Origin: an uncultured Acidobacteriota bacterium
GTDB lineage: Bacteria > Acidobacteriota > UBA6911
Length of the DNA: 64,000 nt
Assembly: GCA_963809485.1 (NCBI GenBank)
Contig: CAWEJX010000020.1
Coordinates: 800,001-864,000 of the forward strand
Reading direction: 5' to 3'
Part shown: in pieces, positions 9,395 through 19,432 of the stretch
Position numbering within the stretch: position 1 is the first letter of the stretch
Layout of the letters: each line of letters begins with the position of its first letter
Translations under genes and position numbers: made by a program
The notes under the pieces: generated by a model
The model's input: the letters and a program-made list of their open reading frames with translations, nothing else
What the model was told of the DNA's origin: nothing
Databases searched by the model: none

Positions 9395-9963
9395 ATTCGC
9401 ACCTCCTTGACAGCAACGGAATCGGCGGAGGCTCCGGCAAGCTTCCTGCGGAGCAGTTCCCGGCCCCGGTGCAGCCGGGCTTTGGCGGTTCCCTCGGAAA
9501 CGCCGAGAATCGCCGCGGTCTCCGCCAAATCCATTTCCCTGAAATAAAACACGATCACGGCGTCCCTGTACCGCGAAGGAAGCGCTGCGACCGCCCGTCG
9601 GACAAGGTCGTCGCGCTCTTCCTGCTCGACTTGCAGTTGGGGAGATTGCCCTCCGGCAATTTCAGCGAGAGCGTCGATGGATTCGACCGGAATCGATTTG
9701 CGCCGCATAAAGGACCGAAAAAGATTCAGGCTGACGGCAAAAAACCAGGTTGAAAATGCGGCGTCACCCCGGAATTTGTGCAAATTCCGGTATATTTGCA
9801 TGAAAGCATCCTGGGCCATTTCTTCGGCCCTTTGGCGATCCCGGCAATAACGATAGGCCAGGTTAATCAATGGGCTCTGCCAGCGGCGCACAATGTTCTC
9901 GAAAGCTTTGAGTTCGCCTTCAAGAACGCGCCGCACGTCCGCCGAATCCTGGTCCCTGTCCAC
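9391..9963 (-). CDS. ECF RNA polymerase sigma factor
   Basis: AEEMAQDAF, FSTWFFAVSLN, region 4 HTH (LAETAAILGVSEGTAKARLHRGR); GTG 9963 with AGGGAG upstream. Confidence 0.92.
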   Translation of the reverse strand: MDRDQDSADVRRVLEGELKAFENIVRRWQSPLINLAYRYCRDRQRAEEMAQDAFMQIYRNLHKFRGDAAFSTWFFAVSLNLFRSFMRRKSIPVESIDALAEIAGGQSPQLQVEQEERDDLVRRAVAALPSRYRDAVIVFYFREMDLAETAAILGVSEGTAKARLHRGRELLRRKLAGASADSVAVKEVRI

Positions 9964-9983
9964 AAGATCTCCCTGTGAGGTAG

Positions 9984-10010
9984 GACGACATCCCGGAATA
10001 TCCGGTTGCA
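9984..10010 (-). promoter_or_regulatory. ECF-type promoter TGCAACC-N16-CGTC for the sigma gene
   Basis: Reverse strand reads tgcaacc ggatattccgggatgt cgtc. Confidence 0.7.
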
Positions 10011-10027
10011 ATATTTGCTCAAAAAAA

Positions 10028-10054
10028 TGCAACCGGCAATCGGATTGATGCGTC
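10028..10054 (+). promoter_or_regulatory. ECF-type promoter TGCAACC-N16-CGTC for the DUF6249-like gene
   Basis: tgcaacc ggcaatcggattgatg cgtc. Confidence 0.7.
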
Positions 10055-10087
10055 ACACCGGACAGAAGGGAAACAGGAGGAACAAAA

Positions 10088-10492
10088 ATGGGTAATGTGC
10101 CGGACGTAGTCGCCATGCTGATTCCAATCGCAGGTATTGCTTTTGTAACAATAGCCGTTTGGCTTGGGGAGCGCCGCAAGGAGAAAGAATCGTTTCAACG
10201 CTGCGAGCTTTTAAGAAAAATCGCGGACAGTCAGGGGGATGCCGCCCAGAGAGTGCTGGCTGTGATACGTCAGCAGGATTATGAAGCCCAGATCCGCAGA
10301 CGCGAAGGCTTGAAGCTGGGCGGATTGATTACATTAGCGGCAGGGATCGGGCTGATGATATTCCTATATATGATCGAGACGGAAGAGCCCGTATGGGTTG
10401 CGGGATCGATTCCCATTCTCGTCGGCGCCGCGCTGGTTGCTTATGTACTCTTTATGGCGCCCAAGCCCGAGCGGGAAGCAAACGGGCTGTAG
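10088..10492 (+). CDS. DUF6249-like membrane protein
   Basis: AGGAGG RBS; N-terminal TM, ERRKE.., LKLGGLITLAAGIGL, two further TMs; divergent from ECF sigma. Confidence 0.7.
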   Translation: MGNVPDVVAMLIPIAGIAFVTIAVWLGERRKEKESFQRCELLRKIADSQGDAAQRVLAVIRQQDYEAQIRRREGLKLGGLITLAAGIGLMIFLYMIETEEPVWVAGSIPILVGAALVAYVLFMAPKPEREANGL

Positions 10493-10495
10493 CGG

Positions 10496-10676
10496 ACCGC
10501 TCAAAGCGGTTGGAGGAGTTACGCTGGTCCTGAACGCTGACTTACGCGGGCAAAAGCCGACCCTCGCCGAACAAATCGGCGTTTGTCAGCGCTTTTGTCA
10601 GCGTATCTCAGCGTTTCAAAATACGGAGCTGTCAAACTCTATGAGTCCCCCGGCAAAGCCATGGATTTGCCAATGA
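10496..10676 (-). mobile_element. Non-autonomous IS200/IS605-like element, deleted copy
   Basis: accgctcaaagcgg...gtcaaactctatgagtcccccggcaaagcc; internal palindromes absent. Confidence 0.72.
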
Positions 10677-10768
10677 AAAGCAGGCAGCCGCTTCATGAAA
10701 TGGCATGGGCAGGCTGCATCCCTGTATTATGGGCAATTCAAGCTGGCGGGCTTGCGGCCACAGGGTTT

Positions 10769-12827
10769 CTAGTCACTTTCAGTGCCGCGCAGCCTTTCCG
10801 CGAGATTTCTGGGTGTTGTCGCGGGAAAAGAGCAGGTGAAGTCCCGGCAGACATATGCCGTTGCGAGCCCGCCGATTTGCGGCCTGTCTTTGAGCAGAAA
10901 CAGGTCGCTGTCGATTCCGCAGGCGACGACCTTGTTGGGAAGGTAAATATGAAAGATTTCCTCGAGCAAATCCCTGGCTTTGGAATCGCCCGGGATCCCC
11001 AATAATCGCGATCTCTTTGGGCTGCCCAAGGTAAAAATCGAGCGCGCACAGCATATGCGGAAAAGTGGAGGGGTGTCTGGGCATCAAGCCCGCCACGCTC
11101 TCGAGGATCGGAATTGCATGCCGCGGCCAGCGATCGTCGCCCGTGAGTTTCCATAGACGCAGCAGCGCACCGGCCGCGACCGAATTTCCCGAGGGTGTGG
11201 CGCTGTCATAAAATTCCTTGGGGCGGTGAATCAGGGATTCGTGATCCTCGGAGGTAAAATAGAACCCTTTGCCCTGTGAATCCCAGAATCCCGAAAGCAT
11301 CACTTCCGCAAGGCTCTCGGCTTCCCTGATCCAGAGCAGGTCAAACGTCGCTTCGTAGAGCGAGATCAATCCGTCGATCAGAAAGGCGTAATCCTCCAGG
11401 TAGGCGTTGAACCTGGCTCTTCCGTCCTTGAAGCTGCGGAGAAGCTTCCCGTTCCGGCGAAGGTTTGAAAGCAGAAATGTTGCATTCCGGGTTGCAGCCA
11501 GACGGTAATCCTCACGGTCCAGGACATTGGCGGCCTCGGAAAAGCTGCGCAGCATGAGCCCGTTCCAGGAGGTCAGCACCTTTTCGTCGCGGGCAGGTTT
11601 CACGCGCGATTCCCTGGCATCGAAGAGCAATTTTCTTTTGCGCTGAATAATATCCGACAGCTGCCTTTCATCCACATTGTTCAACCGGGAGAACTTGTTG
11701 GCCGGCACCGGAACGTTGAGGATATTTTGCCCTTCGAAATTGCCTTCCCGCGTTATTCCGTAGTAGCGGCTGAACAGGCCTGCGTCCCCTTCACCCAGGA
11801 TGGACTCCAGTTCCCCGGCCTGCCAAAGGAAGAATGCCCCTTCCTTCCCTTCGCTGTCGGCATCCTGCGACGAGTAGAAGCCCCCGTCCTCGGATGTCAT
11901 TTCACGCAATACGTAATCCAGGGTTTCCTGACTGATTCTCCGGTAGAGTTCGTTCCTTGTGAGAAGATAAGCGTCAAGATAAGCCCGTGAAAGCAACGCA
12001 TTGTCGTAAAGCATTTTCTCGAAATGGGGCACGAGCCATCGGGCATCGACCGAATAGCGGTGAAATCCGCCTCCCAGCTGGTCGAAGATTCCGCCGTAAG
12101 CCATCCTCTCCAGGGTGTGATTCACAATGTCCAGATACTCCTGCCGGCCGGTCCGCTTATAGGATCGCATCAGGAAGCTCAGCGCCATGGATGGCGGGAA
12201 TTTGGGCGCCCTGCCGAATCCTCCGTTTACGCTGTCGTAGTTGGCCGCGAGCGAGGATGCCGCCGCATCCAGAATGCCGGCATTCAGGTCGCTTTGGGCG
12301 CCTTCCATTCGATTGGATTTTCGCAGTTCGGCGATGATGCCGGCGGCGTCGCCGATAACAGACGATTTCCTGTCACGGTAGGCCTGGGCCACATTCAGCA
12401 GGATCCGGCGGAAGCCGGGCATCCCATAACGGTCCTCGCGCGGGAAATAGGTCCCGCAATAAAAAGGAATACCGTCGGGGGTGAGGAAAACCGTCATAGG
12501 CCAGCCGCCGCTGCCTGTCGTGAGCTGAACAGCCGTCATGTAGATAGAGTCCAGATCGGGGCGCTCTTCCCGGTCGACTTTGATATTGATGAAGGACTCG
12601 TTCATCAGCTTCGCAATTTCCTCGTCTTCGAACGATTCCTTCTCCATGACGTGGCACCAGTGGCAGGCCGAGTACCCGATGCTGAGCAGAATCGGCTTAT
12701 CTTCCTTTTTCGCTCTGGCCAGGGCTTCTTCCCCCCAGGGGTACCACTGGACGGGATTATGCGCATGCTGCAAAAGATATGGGCTCGTTTCATTAATGAG
12801 CGCATTGGTGAACTTATGATCGGTCAT
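10769..12827 (-). CDS. YyaL/SSP411-type thioredoxin-domain + glycosidase-like barrel protein, with an apparent frameshift near 10990
   Basis: [32 protein letters not shown]; canonical C-terminus ([20 protein letters not shown]) lies in another frame (10769-11029). Confidence 0.88.
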
Positions 12828-12900
12828 GGCACCACTTTAAGCCCCCATCCCATCGCCGGTCAACTTCGATTCGAGATCCGGGATTCAAAATGCGAGCGCC

Positions 12901-13150
12901 GGTACCTGCGTCCGGCGAAGCAGGGGCCTTGAGTGTGTGGCGCCCAAAGCTGTGGGATGAGTTCCTTAAGCTTCAACCGCTGACACATGCTGGCAAAAGT
13001 CGATAGGCCCCTTCCGCTTGAAGCATCGGAAGCGCCTTATCGACTCCTGTACGCTGACCTACACCATAATGCTCAACGTTCATCAGCGTCTTTATCAGCG
13101 TATGTCAGCATTGCCTGATTCTGGAGCGGCAAAACCCATTGCTCCACACA
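12901..13150 (-). repeat. Heavily degenerate copy of the IS200-like element
   Basis: cgctgacacatgctggcaaaagtcgataggccccttccg...atcggaagcgccttatcgact...catcagcgtctttatcagcgtatgtcagc. Confidence 0.55.
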
Positions 13151-13166
13151 AGAAAATCTCGAATTT

Positions 13167-13562
13167 CTAATCCGCAAAGGCGGTGAGGATTTCAGGCGGG
13201 ATGGGGGCGGTCTTGCCGGCGTGTAATACCACAACGGTCACACTCCCCTCGGCCGCCTTTTCCTGCGGTGATTCATCGATAAAAACCTCAAAGTTATAGC
13301 GAATGGATGTGCGGCCCAGCCTGCCGGGCCAGAAGCGGAGTGTGAAGCGATTCCCCAGTTCAAGCATCTTTCTGAAGTGACATTCGGCGTGCACTCGCGG
13401 GAAGTCGTAAGTTTTGCCCAGCTCTTTTCGCGATACTCCGAGGCTGTGCAGAAGCTCCCACTCCCCTTCCCCGGCGTAATCGAAGATCCGCGCATAATAG
13501 ATTCGGCCCGACGCATCCGTGTCGGCCCATCGCACTTTTCTTTTGAGTTCGATTGACTTCAT
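13167..13562 (-). CDS. Acyl-CoA thioesterase (4HBT/YbgC hot-dog fold)
   Basis: VRWADTDASGRIYY, LGRTSIRY. Confidence 0.85.
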   Translation of the reverse strand: MKSIELKRKVRWADTDASGRIYYARIFDYAGEGEWELLHSLGVSRKELGKTYDFPRVHAECHFRKMLELGNRFTLRFWPGRLGRTSIRYNFEVFIDESPQEKAAEGSVTVVVLHAGKTAPIPPEILTAFAD

Positions 13563-13566
13563 CGGC

Positions 13567-13950
13567 TTAGGAACGACTATAACGTGCTTCCACCCGGCTC
13601 TGGATTCCGCCGCGGGGAGTGAATTCACCGCGGACTCTCATCGATACGGGTTTGCAGGCCGCCACAAGGTCCCGCAGAATCCGGTTGACGGCGTTTTCAT
13701 AGAAAATGCCCAGATTCCTGTAGCTGTTCATGTATTCCTTCAAAGACTTCAGCTCAAGGCACCATTGATCCGGGACATAGTTGACGCAAATGGTCCCGAA
13801 GTCCGGCAGGCCGGTTTTGGGGCAAATCGCCGTATATTCCGGGATGACGATCTCTATTTCATAGCCGGGAAACTGGTTCTCCCAGCATTCTATGGCCGGC
13901 AGCGGTGTATCGACGCCGGATTTGGCATGTTCTTCCGTATAGTCTCGCAT
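13567..13950 (-). CDS. queF: NADPH-dependent 7-cyano-7-deazaguanine reductase (preQ1 synthase)
   Basis: EYTAICPKTGLPDFG, ELKSLKEY, FYENAVN, FTPRGGI. Confidence 0.95.
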   Translation of the reverse strand: MRDYTEEHAKSGVDTPLPAIECWENQFPGYEIEIVIPEYTAICPKTGLPDFGTICVNYVPDQWCLELKSLKEYMNSYRNLGIFYENAVNRILRDLVAACKPVSMRVRGEFTPRGGIQSRVEARYSRS

Positions 13951-13993
13951 AGCGACAACGTAACATATTACGATCCGGGATTCGAGCCCGAGA

Positions 13994-15211
13994 TCAATTC
14001 AGAATCCCGAATCTGATATCCCGAATCTTGTTGCGCGCCCGGTATATCCATTCCCGGTTCTCTTTTCGGAAAAACCTCGGGCTGGAACGGGCCTGTTCCA
14101 TGACCAATTCCAGCTGCACCCGCATCTCGTCCTTTTCCCCTTTTTTTTCAAGCGCCAGCGCCAGCCAGTATCGCCCTTCGGGGTCCGAGTTGCGTTTTGC
14201 CAGAAAGCATCTCAAAAATTCGACCGCTTTATCGGCATTGCCCGTATGAAGGTATGCCTTGCCCACTTCCCGCAAAACATCGCCCAGCCGATATTCAGGG
14301 CTCAGCCGATACGTCTCTTCATAATGCTCCAGGGCCCGGCTCCATTGCCCGTCGGTTTCGTGGCAGCGTCCAAGATGGTAGTAGTAATCCGGATCGCCCG
14401 GATCAATCCTGAGAGCGTTTTCAAAATGCCCCCGGGCCACGCTGATATTTCTCCGGTTCAGGTACAGCAATCCCAGCTGGTAGTGCGCATCCGCATCCTT
14501 TGGATTCGACATGAGCGAGCGCAGATGCTGCTGAGAAGCCTGTTCGCCCGCCCGGGACGCCCAGCGGGTCTGAATCCACAGATAGCCCAGAACCATCAGC
14601 GGGATCATAATAAAAAACGGCAGCGCAAACAGAAATGACGTAAGGATGAAAAAAACAGGCAGGGTAAACCAGGAAACGGCAAAAACGCCTAAAGCCTGCG
14701 CCACGGACAGATAATTGAGTTGCCGGATCGCCCACACGGTGTATACCCCCAGCAAGGTCAGCAGCGCACACATGCCGATGGAAATCCCGACAATCCCGAC
14801 AACCACAAACTGGGGTGCGAAATACTGCAAAGGCGCCGCGATCAGAAAAATCAGCCCCCAGAGCGGAAGGAGGACCGACCCGTGCGACTGGTATTCCTGC
14901 CTGGAAACAGAAGGGCCGGGGCCGTTGCCCGACATTGCGTTGCTCAACAGGATAATCGACGGGATATAGACCAGAAGGGCGTAGACAACAGCCTGGACCA
15001 GGTTGAGCCGCAGGAACGAATAGACGGGTTCAGATGCGCCCGAAGACAGCTCCGGCAAATCCGCATAGACGGAATTTCGAACCGTGACAAACGCAAGGAA
15101 ACCCAGTGCAAAACAGACCACGCCCCACAGTAGCACCCGCTGCCCGGCCTGCACCCGAAGGGCACGGGTACGGAATGCGAGCATGCCCGGCAGATTGGCT
15201 AGAAAGGTCAT
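13994..15211 (-). CDS. Membrane protein (Yip1-like N-terminus) with C-terminal TPR repeats
   Basis: Multiple TM helices followed by DAHYQLGLLY, YYYHLGRC, GRYWLALAL TPR motifs. Confidence 0.75.
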   Translation of the reverse strand: MTFLANLPGMLAFRTRALRVQAGQRVLLWGVVCFALGFLAFVTVRNSVYADLPELSSGASEPVYSFLRLNLVQAVVYALLVYIPSIILLSNAMSGNGPGPSVSRQEYQSHGSVLLPLWGLIFLIAAPLQYFAPQFVVVGIVGISIGMCALLTLLGVYTVWAIRQLNYLSVAQALGVFAVSWFTLPVFFILTSFLFALPFFIMIPLMVLGYLWIQTRWASRAGEQASQQHLRSLMSNPKDADAHYQLGLLYLNRRNISVARGHFENALRIDPGDPDYYYHLGRCHETDGQWSRALEHYEETYRLSPEYRLGDVLREVGKAYLHTGNADKAVEFLRCFLAKRNSDPEGRYWLALALEKKGEKDEMRVQLELVMEQARSSPRFFRKENREWIYRARNKIRDIRFGILN

Positions 15212-15885
15212 GGGCTGAGCTTGTATCCGACGCCATAAATTGTGAGGATGTGCCGCGGGTTCCGGTAGTCTTCCTCAATCTTCTTTCGTAGCTTGACTAT
15301 GAAATTATCCACCGTCCGGTTGGTCGGGTACTTGTCCGTCCCCCAGACCTTGTCCAGTATCTCATCGCGGTTTACGGGCTCGCCGGCATGAGCGTAAAGC
15401 AGTTTGAACAGTTCCACTTCGTAATGAGACATGGAATATTCCTCCTTTCCGCGCCTCACGATGAAGTGTTTGACGTCCACCTGGCTGGGTCCAATCCTGA
15501 TCCAATCGGCGTCCTGGGCATACTGGCCGCCGCGTCTCAGGAGAGCCATAACCCGGGCCAGCAACTCCCCCACGCTGAAAGGCTTTGTGAGATAATCATC
15601 GGCGCCCACCTTGAGTCCCAGAATCTTGTCATGGTCCTGGGCTTTGGCAGTCAGCATGAGGATCGGGGTATTGAGCTTTTTCCGGATCTGCTCACACACT
15701 TCGTATCCGTTCATGTCCGGCAGCATCAGATCCAGAATAATGCAATCCGGCGCTTCCCGGCTCAGCGCCAGGAGGCCTGCCCTCCCTGTCTCGGCAGTCT
15801 CCACTTCATACCCCTCGAACTCCAGGATATCCTTGAGCCCGCGGGCCATTTCCTTTTCATCCTCAATAACAAATACCTTTTGCAT
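15208..15885 (-). CDS. OmpR/PhoB-family response regulator
   Basis: IEDE, ILDLMLP, GADDYLTKPF, winged helix (RTVDNFIVKLRKKIE, GVGY). Confidence 0.93.
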   Translation of the reverse strand: MQKVFVIEDEKEMARGLKDILEFEGYEVETAETGRAGLLALSREAPDCIILDLMLPDMNGYEVCEQIRKKLNTPILMLTAKAQDHDKILGLKVGADDYLTKPFSVGELLARVMALLRRGGQYAQDADWIRIGPSQVDVKHFIVRRGKEEYSMSHYEVELFKLLYAHAGEPVNRDEILDKVWGTDKYPTNRTVDNFIVKLRKKIEEDYRNPRHILTIYGVGYKLSP

Positions 15886-15931
15886 GCTTTTTGATACTTG
15901 ACCCAAAAGGTAGATTATAAAACAAAATCCT

Positions 15932-17515
15932 TCATCCTATCGAATCTCGAATTTCGTGTTTCGAATCCTCAGGGGCTTTCCGAAGAGGGATCCTCAAGGT
16001 AAAGGTGCTGCCTTTGCCGGGTTCGCTATGCACTTTGACTTCCCCGCCGTGCATTTCCGCCACATTCTTGGTGATGGCCAGTCCAATGCCGCTGCCCCGT
16101 ATGCGCCGGATGGACGGTTCACTTCCGCGATAAAACTTGTCGAAGATTCTTGACTGCTCCGACGCAGGAATGCCGATTCCTCTGTCACGGACCGAAAGGT
16201 CCACAAATCCGTCGGCCTTCCTGACGCTCACGTCGATCTGTTTCTGATCTCCCGAATACTTGATGGAATTGTCCAGCAGGTTGAGAAACGCCATGATAAT
16301 CGAATTGGGATCAGCGTAGGAATCGGGTATGTCCGGGTCCACATCGAGAGTCACCTGGAAACCGTCCTTTTGAGCCTCATGCCCGTAGGCCTCCAGGGCC
16401 TTGGCCGCAATCTGCCCTATGTTGGTTTTCTCGAAATACCCGGGCTTCGCTCCCCGCACAAGGTTGGCGAAATCGAGCAGGTTGTTTATGAGCCGGGACA
16501 TGCGGTCGCTTTCGTTGTGGATAATCCGGTAATACTCGGCCCGTTTTTCTTCGTTTTTCACCCTCCCCATGACCAGAATTTCGCTGAACATTCGTATCAG
16601 AGAAAGAGGGGTCTTCAATTCGTGGCTGACGTTGCTGATAAAATCCTCCTTCAGCCGGCGGAGTTGCCGGTCGCGCCTCCATGCAATATAAATGACGGCG
16701 AGGCTTATAAAAGTCAGCGACATGCTCAGGATGATGAGCAGCAGGTTCGTGCGCCGCTGGTTCTCCATGCCCAGCTCGATCTCGGTATAGTTGCGCGGCA
16801 CTATCTGCAGAATCCATTTGTAAAGCGTGGACGGGAACCTGGTTTCAAAAAAGTACTTCGAGGACCGGGACAGGGGTTGGCCGTAGACCCCGTTGTTTTC
16901 AAAGTCCACGACGCTCACATAGAATTTGTCCTGTAAATCCCTCAAATGCCGGTCCAGCAGTGCCGCAATCTTGTCGAAATTCATCTGGTAACAGACCAGG
17001 ATGCGCGATCCGCTGCGGGTTTCTTTCAGGATATAGGTGGCGAAAAAATAGTTGTTCGGCCTTTCCATGTGCAGATGATGCGGTTGATTGAGGGCGATCT
17101 CGTCAAGGTCAAGGTCTTTCACCTTGAAGCTGGAGAGGAACGCCCCCCACTGGTTCCGGATTTCGTAGGAATAGGGCGGATACAGCGGATAGTTGCTCGG
17201 TGGCCTCAGGAAATAGACCTGGTCCACGTTGAGATCGGCATTTTTGATAGCCTCTACCATGGCCGGCCATTTTGAAGGCTCGTCGACATCGACCATCTCC
17301 GAAAGGATGCGGTCGTTGTCGACAAGTCTCTGCTCGATCCGGTCCACATACTGCGTCGCGAGCTTGATATTGCTCTGTACCAGAGATGTCTCGGCCACGT
17401 TTGCGCGTCCGACGGTGTAATAATAGCTGACAAAGCTCAAAGCCGCGGTTGAGACGACAATCAGGCCGATCGCAATGAAGGTAACAAGCGTGTTGTGAAG
17501 GAATGGCACTTTCAT
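15932..17515 (-). CDS. Membrane sensor histidine kinase
   Basis: Two TMs flanking an extracytoplasmic domain; SHELKTPL, NLLDNSIKYS, DRGIGI, GSGIGL. Confidence 0.93.
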   Translation of the reverse strand: MKVPFLHNTLVTFIAIGLIVVSTAALSFVSYYYTVGRANVAETSLVQSNIKLATQYVDRIEQRLVDNDRILSEMVDVDEPSKWPAMVEAIKNADLNVDQVYFLRPPSNYPLYPPYSYEIRNQWGAFLSSFKVKDLDLDEIALNQPHHLHMERPNNYFFATYILKETRSGSRILVCYQMNFDKIAALLDRHLRDLQDKFYVSVVDFENNGVYGQPLSRSSKYFFETRFPSTLYKWILQIVPRNYTEIELGMENQRRTNLLLIILSMSLTFISLAVIYIAWRRDRQLRRLKEDFISNVSHELKTPLSLIRMFSEILVMGRVKNEEKRAEYYRIIHNESDRMSRLINNLLDFANLVRGAKPGYFEKTNIGQIAAKALEAYGHEAQKDGFQVTLDVDPDIPDSYADPNSIIMAFLNLLDNSIKYSGDQKQIDVSVRKADGFVDLSVRDRGIGIPASEQSRIFDKFYRGSEPSIRRIRGSGIGLAITKNVAEMHGGEVKVHSEPGKGSTFTLRIPLRKAPEDSKHEIRDSIG

Positions 17516-17599
17516 ATTCGTCAGATATTCTACTCTGAGTGTGCGAAAGACACAGCCGGGAATTGCGTAGGCGTTTGTTGCCGTAAGCCGGAATGGGCT

Positions 17600-17665
17600 C
17601 ACGCGGAGACGCGGAGGCCGCGGAGCTTTAGATTGCTTTCCTCCCCAGCCTCCGCGTCTTCGCGG
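17600..17665. repeat. CGCGGAG tandem-repeat hairpin
   Basis: cacgcggag-acgcggag-gccgcggag ... cctccgcgtcttcgcgg. Confidence 0.55.
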
Positions 17666-17762
17666 GCATCAGCCCTTACAGCGATAATTGGGACACCGGA
17701 AAAACAACGATCAGGCAATGCCCTGCCGGTTGACAGCGCCTGTTCTGTTTTTAGCTATAAGA

Positions 17763-18218
17763 TTAGCGTTTGCTGGCGGATGCCCGGGTGGAATCGTCCG
17801 TAGAGGAACTCTTTTCCTTTTTGTCGAGCAGAGCGATGTCCCCGACCCCGGAACGCTTAGCGATATCGAGAAGGACAAAAACGTCGCCGTAGGCCAGAGA
17901 GGAATCTCCGCGGATGAACATGTTTTTAACAGCCCGGCGGCGAAAAACTTCGGTGAGAGTGCTCTCGAGCTTTTCCAGGGTGATGGGCTGGGAATTAAGA
18001 CGGACCGTGTGGTCCAAATCCATATCCACTATGATGGAATCGGGCTTTACATCCTTCGGCTGTGTTTTCGGCGCTGGCTGAGGCACGCGAACCGGATGCT
18101 CGTGCTGTTTGAGGGGAGCCGCCACCATGAAGATGATCAGCAGCACCAGGAGGATATCGATATAAGGGGTTATATTGATGTCCGACTGAAGCCCCTTTTT
18201 CCCAACGGTCATGCTCAT
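17763..18218 (-). CDS. exbD: Biopolymer transporter ExbD/TolR
   Basis: INITPYIDILLVLLIIFM, FIRGDSSLAYGDV. Confidence 0.9.
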   Translation of the reverse strand: MSMTVGKKGLQSDINITPYIDILLVLLIIFMVAAPLKQHEHPVRVPQPAPKTQPKDVKPDSIIVDMDLDHTVRLNSQPITLEKLESTLTEVFRRRAVKNMFIRGDSSLAYGDVFVLLDIAKRSGVGDIALLDKKEKSSSTDDSTRASASKR

Positions 18219-18262
18219 GCGATTTATACTCCTGAATCCGGGCCGTTCACGCCGGATTCCGC

Positions 18263-19432
18263 TCAGTATAGCCGGAAAGAAACCTCTATATTAGCCTGCA
18301 CGTCCACAGGATTTCCGTTATAGGTGCCCGGCTTGAAACGCCATTTTGTCGCGATCGTGTTAATGGCCGATTCATCCAGTCCGTAGCCTAATCCCCTCAG
18401 AACCTTGAAGCTGTCCACGGTACCGTCTTTTCGAATAATCGCCTGGATAAGCACAATGCCCTCGGCTCTGGCCTTTCGGGCTTCCTCGGTATAGGCAGGC
18501 AACGGCTGCAGGAGAACCACGGGAGGCTTCACTCCGCCCCCGACCACATATGGCCCGTGGCCGCTTCCGATCCCTCCGCCCGAACCGCCGCCCATGCCGC
18601 CTCCACTGCCCGGACCTACGCCGGCACCAGTGCCGGGACCGACTCCCGTGCCGCGCCCGGTGCCTATTCCGCCGCCGCTGCCCGGCCCGGAAGACATGGA
18701 GTTATTGGGAGGAGCGGAAATGTCGCCGATGGGCAGCGATTGGTCCTGGGGGATGTCAATCGGCATCTGGACGCTTGGCACCTGCGCCAGCAGGTCCTCT
18801 GCAGGCATCAGAGGCTGGGGATTCTCCGGATCAGGCGGAATCATCTGCACACGCGTAGTTTCGGGCATTCGTCCGGTCGCAGGCGGCTCCGGCTGGTTTT
18901 TGCCGCCGCCTCCCCCGCCTCCGCCATCCCTGCCGTCCCCTTCATAAGGCGAAAAAATCGGATTATTCACAAACACAACATTCTCGTTCTCGGGAACAAG
19001 GTTCTCTTTTTCATGGATCGCCACGAAAATCAGGCCCAAAAAAGCGATGTGAACGAAAAGAGAAAGCATCCCGGCTTCCATCTTTCGCGTGCGCACCTGG
19101 GCCCGCTCCAGGCGCAACCCTTCAGGATCGGAAAAGACCGAGGGGATGAAAAGCGGATTCCTGAAGCCAGTAAATATATCGGCAAAAAACTCCCTCCAGC
19201 TGAAAGGAGTTTTGGGATCTGTGTCCAGATAGTGAAAGAGCGACGGCCTGGTATGGGGCGCTTTCCATTCCTGAACAATGGCGCGGATAGGATGGCGCAA
19301 AAAGCTCCAATCAATATCCTGCCATACGCTGGTTTCGGGAGTGTCCTTAATGTAATGAAAAAGAGAAGCCTGTGTACGCTCGCCCGAAAAGCGCTTAAAT
19401 ACCAACCGGGTTTTGCTGCTGCTTTCCGTCAT
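18263..19432 (-). CDS. tonB: Energy transducer TonB family protein
   Basis: TM anchor, Gly/Pro-rich linker, C-terminal PAYTEEARKA..GLGYGLDESA..WRFKPG. Confidence 0.9.
   Translation of the reverse strand: MTESSSKTRLVFKRFSGERTQASLFHYIKDTPETSVWQDIDWSFLRHPIRAIVQEWKAPHTRPSLFHYLDTDPKTPFSWREFFADIFTGFRNPLFIPSVFSDPEGLRLERAQVRTRKMEAGMLSLFVHIAFLGLIFVAIHEKENLVPENENVVFVNNPIFSPYEGDGRDGGGGGGGGKNQPEPPATGRMPETTRVQMIPPDPENPQPLMPAEDLLAQVPSVQMPIDIPQDQSLPIGDISAPPNNSMSSGPGSGGGIGTGRGTGVGPGTGAGVGPGSGGGMGGGSGGGIGSGHGPYVVGGGVKPPVVLLQPLPAYTEEARKARAEGIVLIQAIIRKDGTVDSFKVLRGLGYGLDESAINTIATKWRFKPGTYNGNPVDVQANIEVSFRLY

Noticed and set aside
13950-13994. preQ1 riboswitch upstream of queF
   Set aside because: The 43-bp gap holds heptamer repeats and no preQ1 aptamer features
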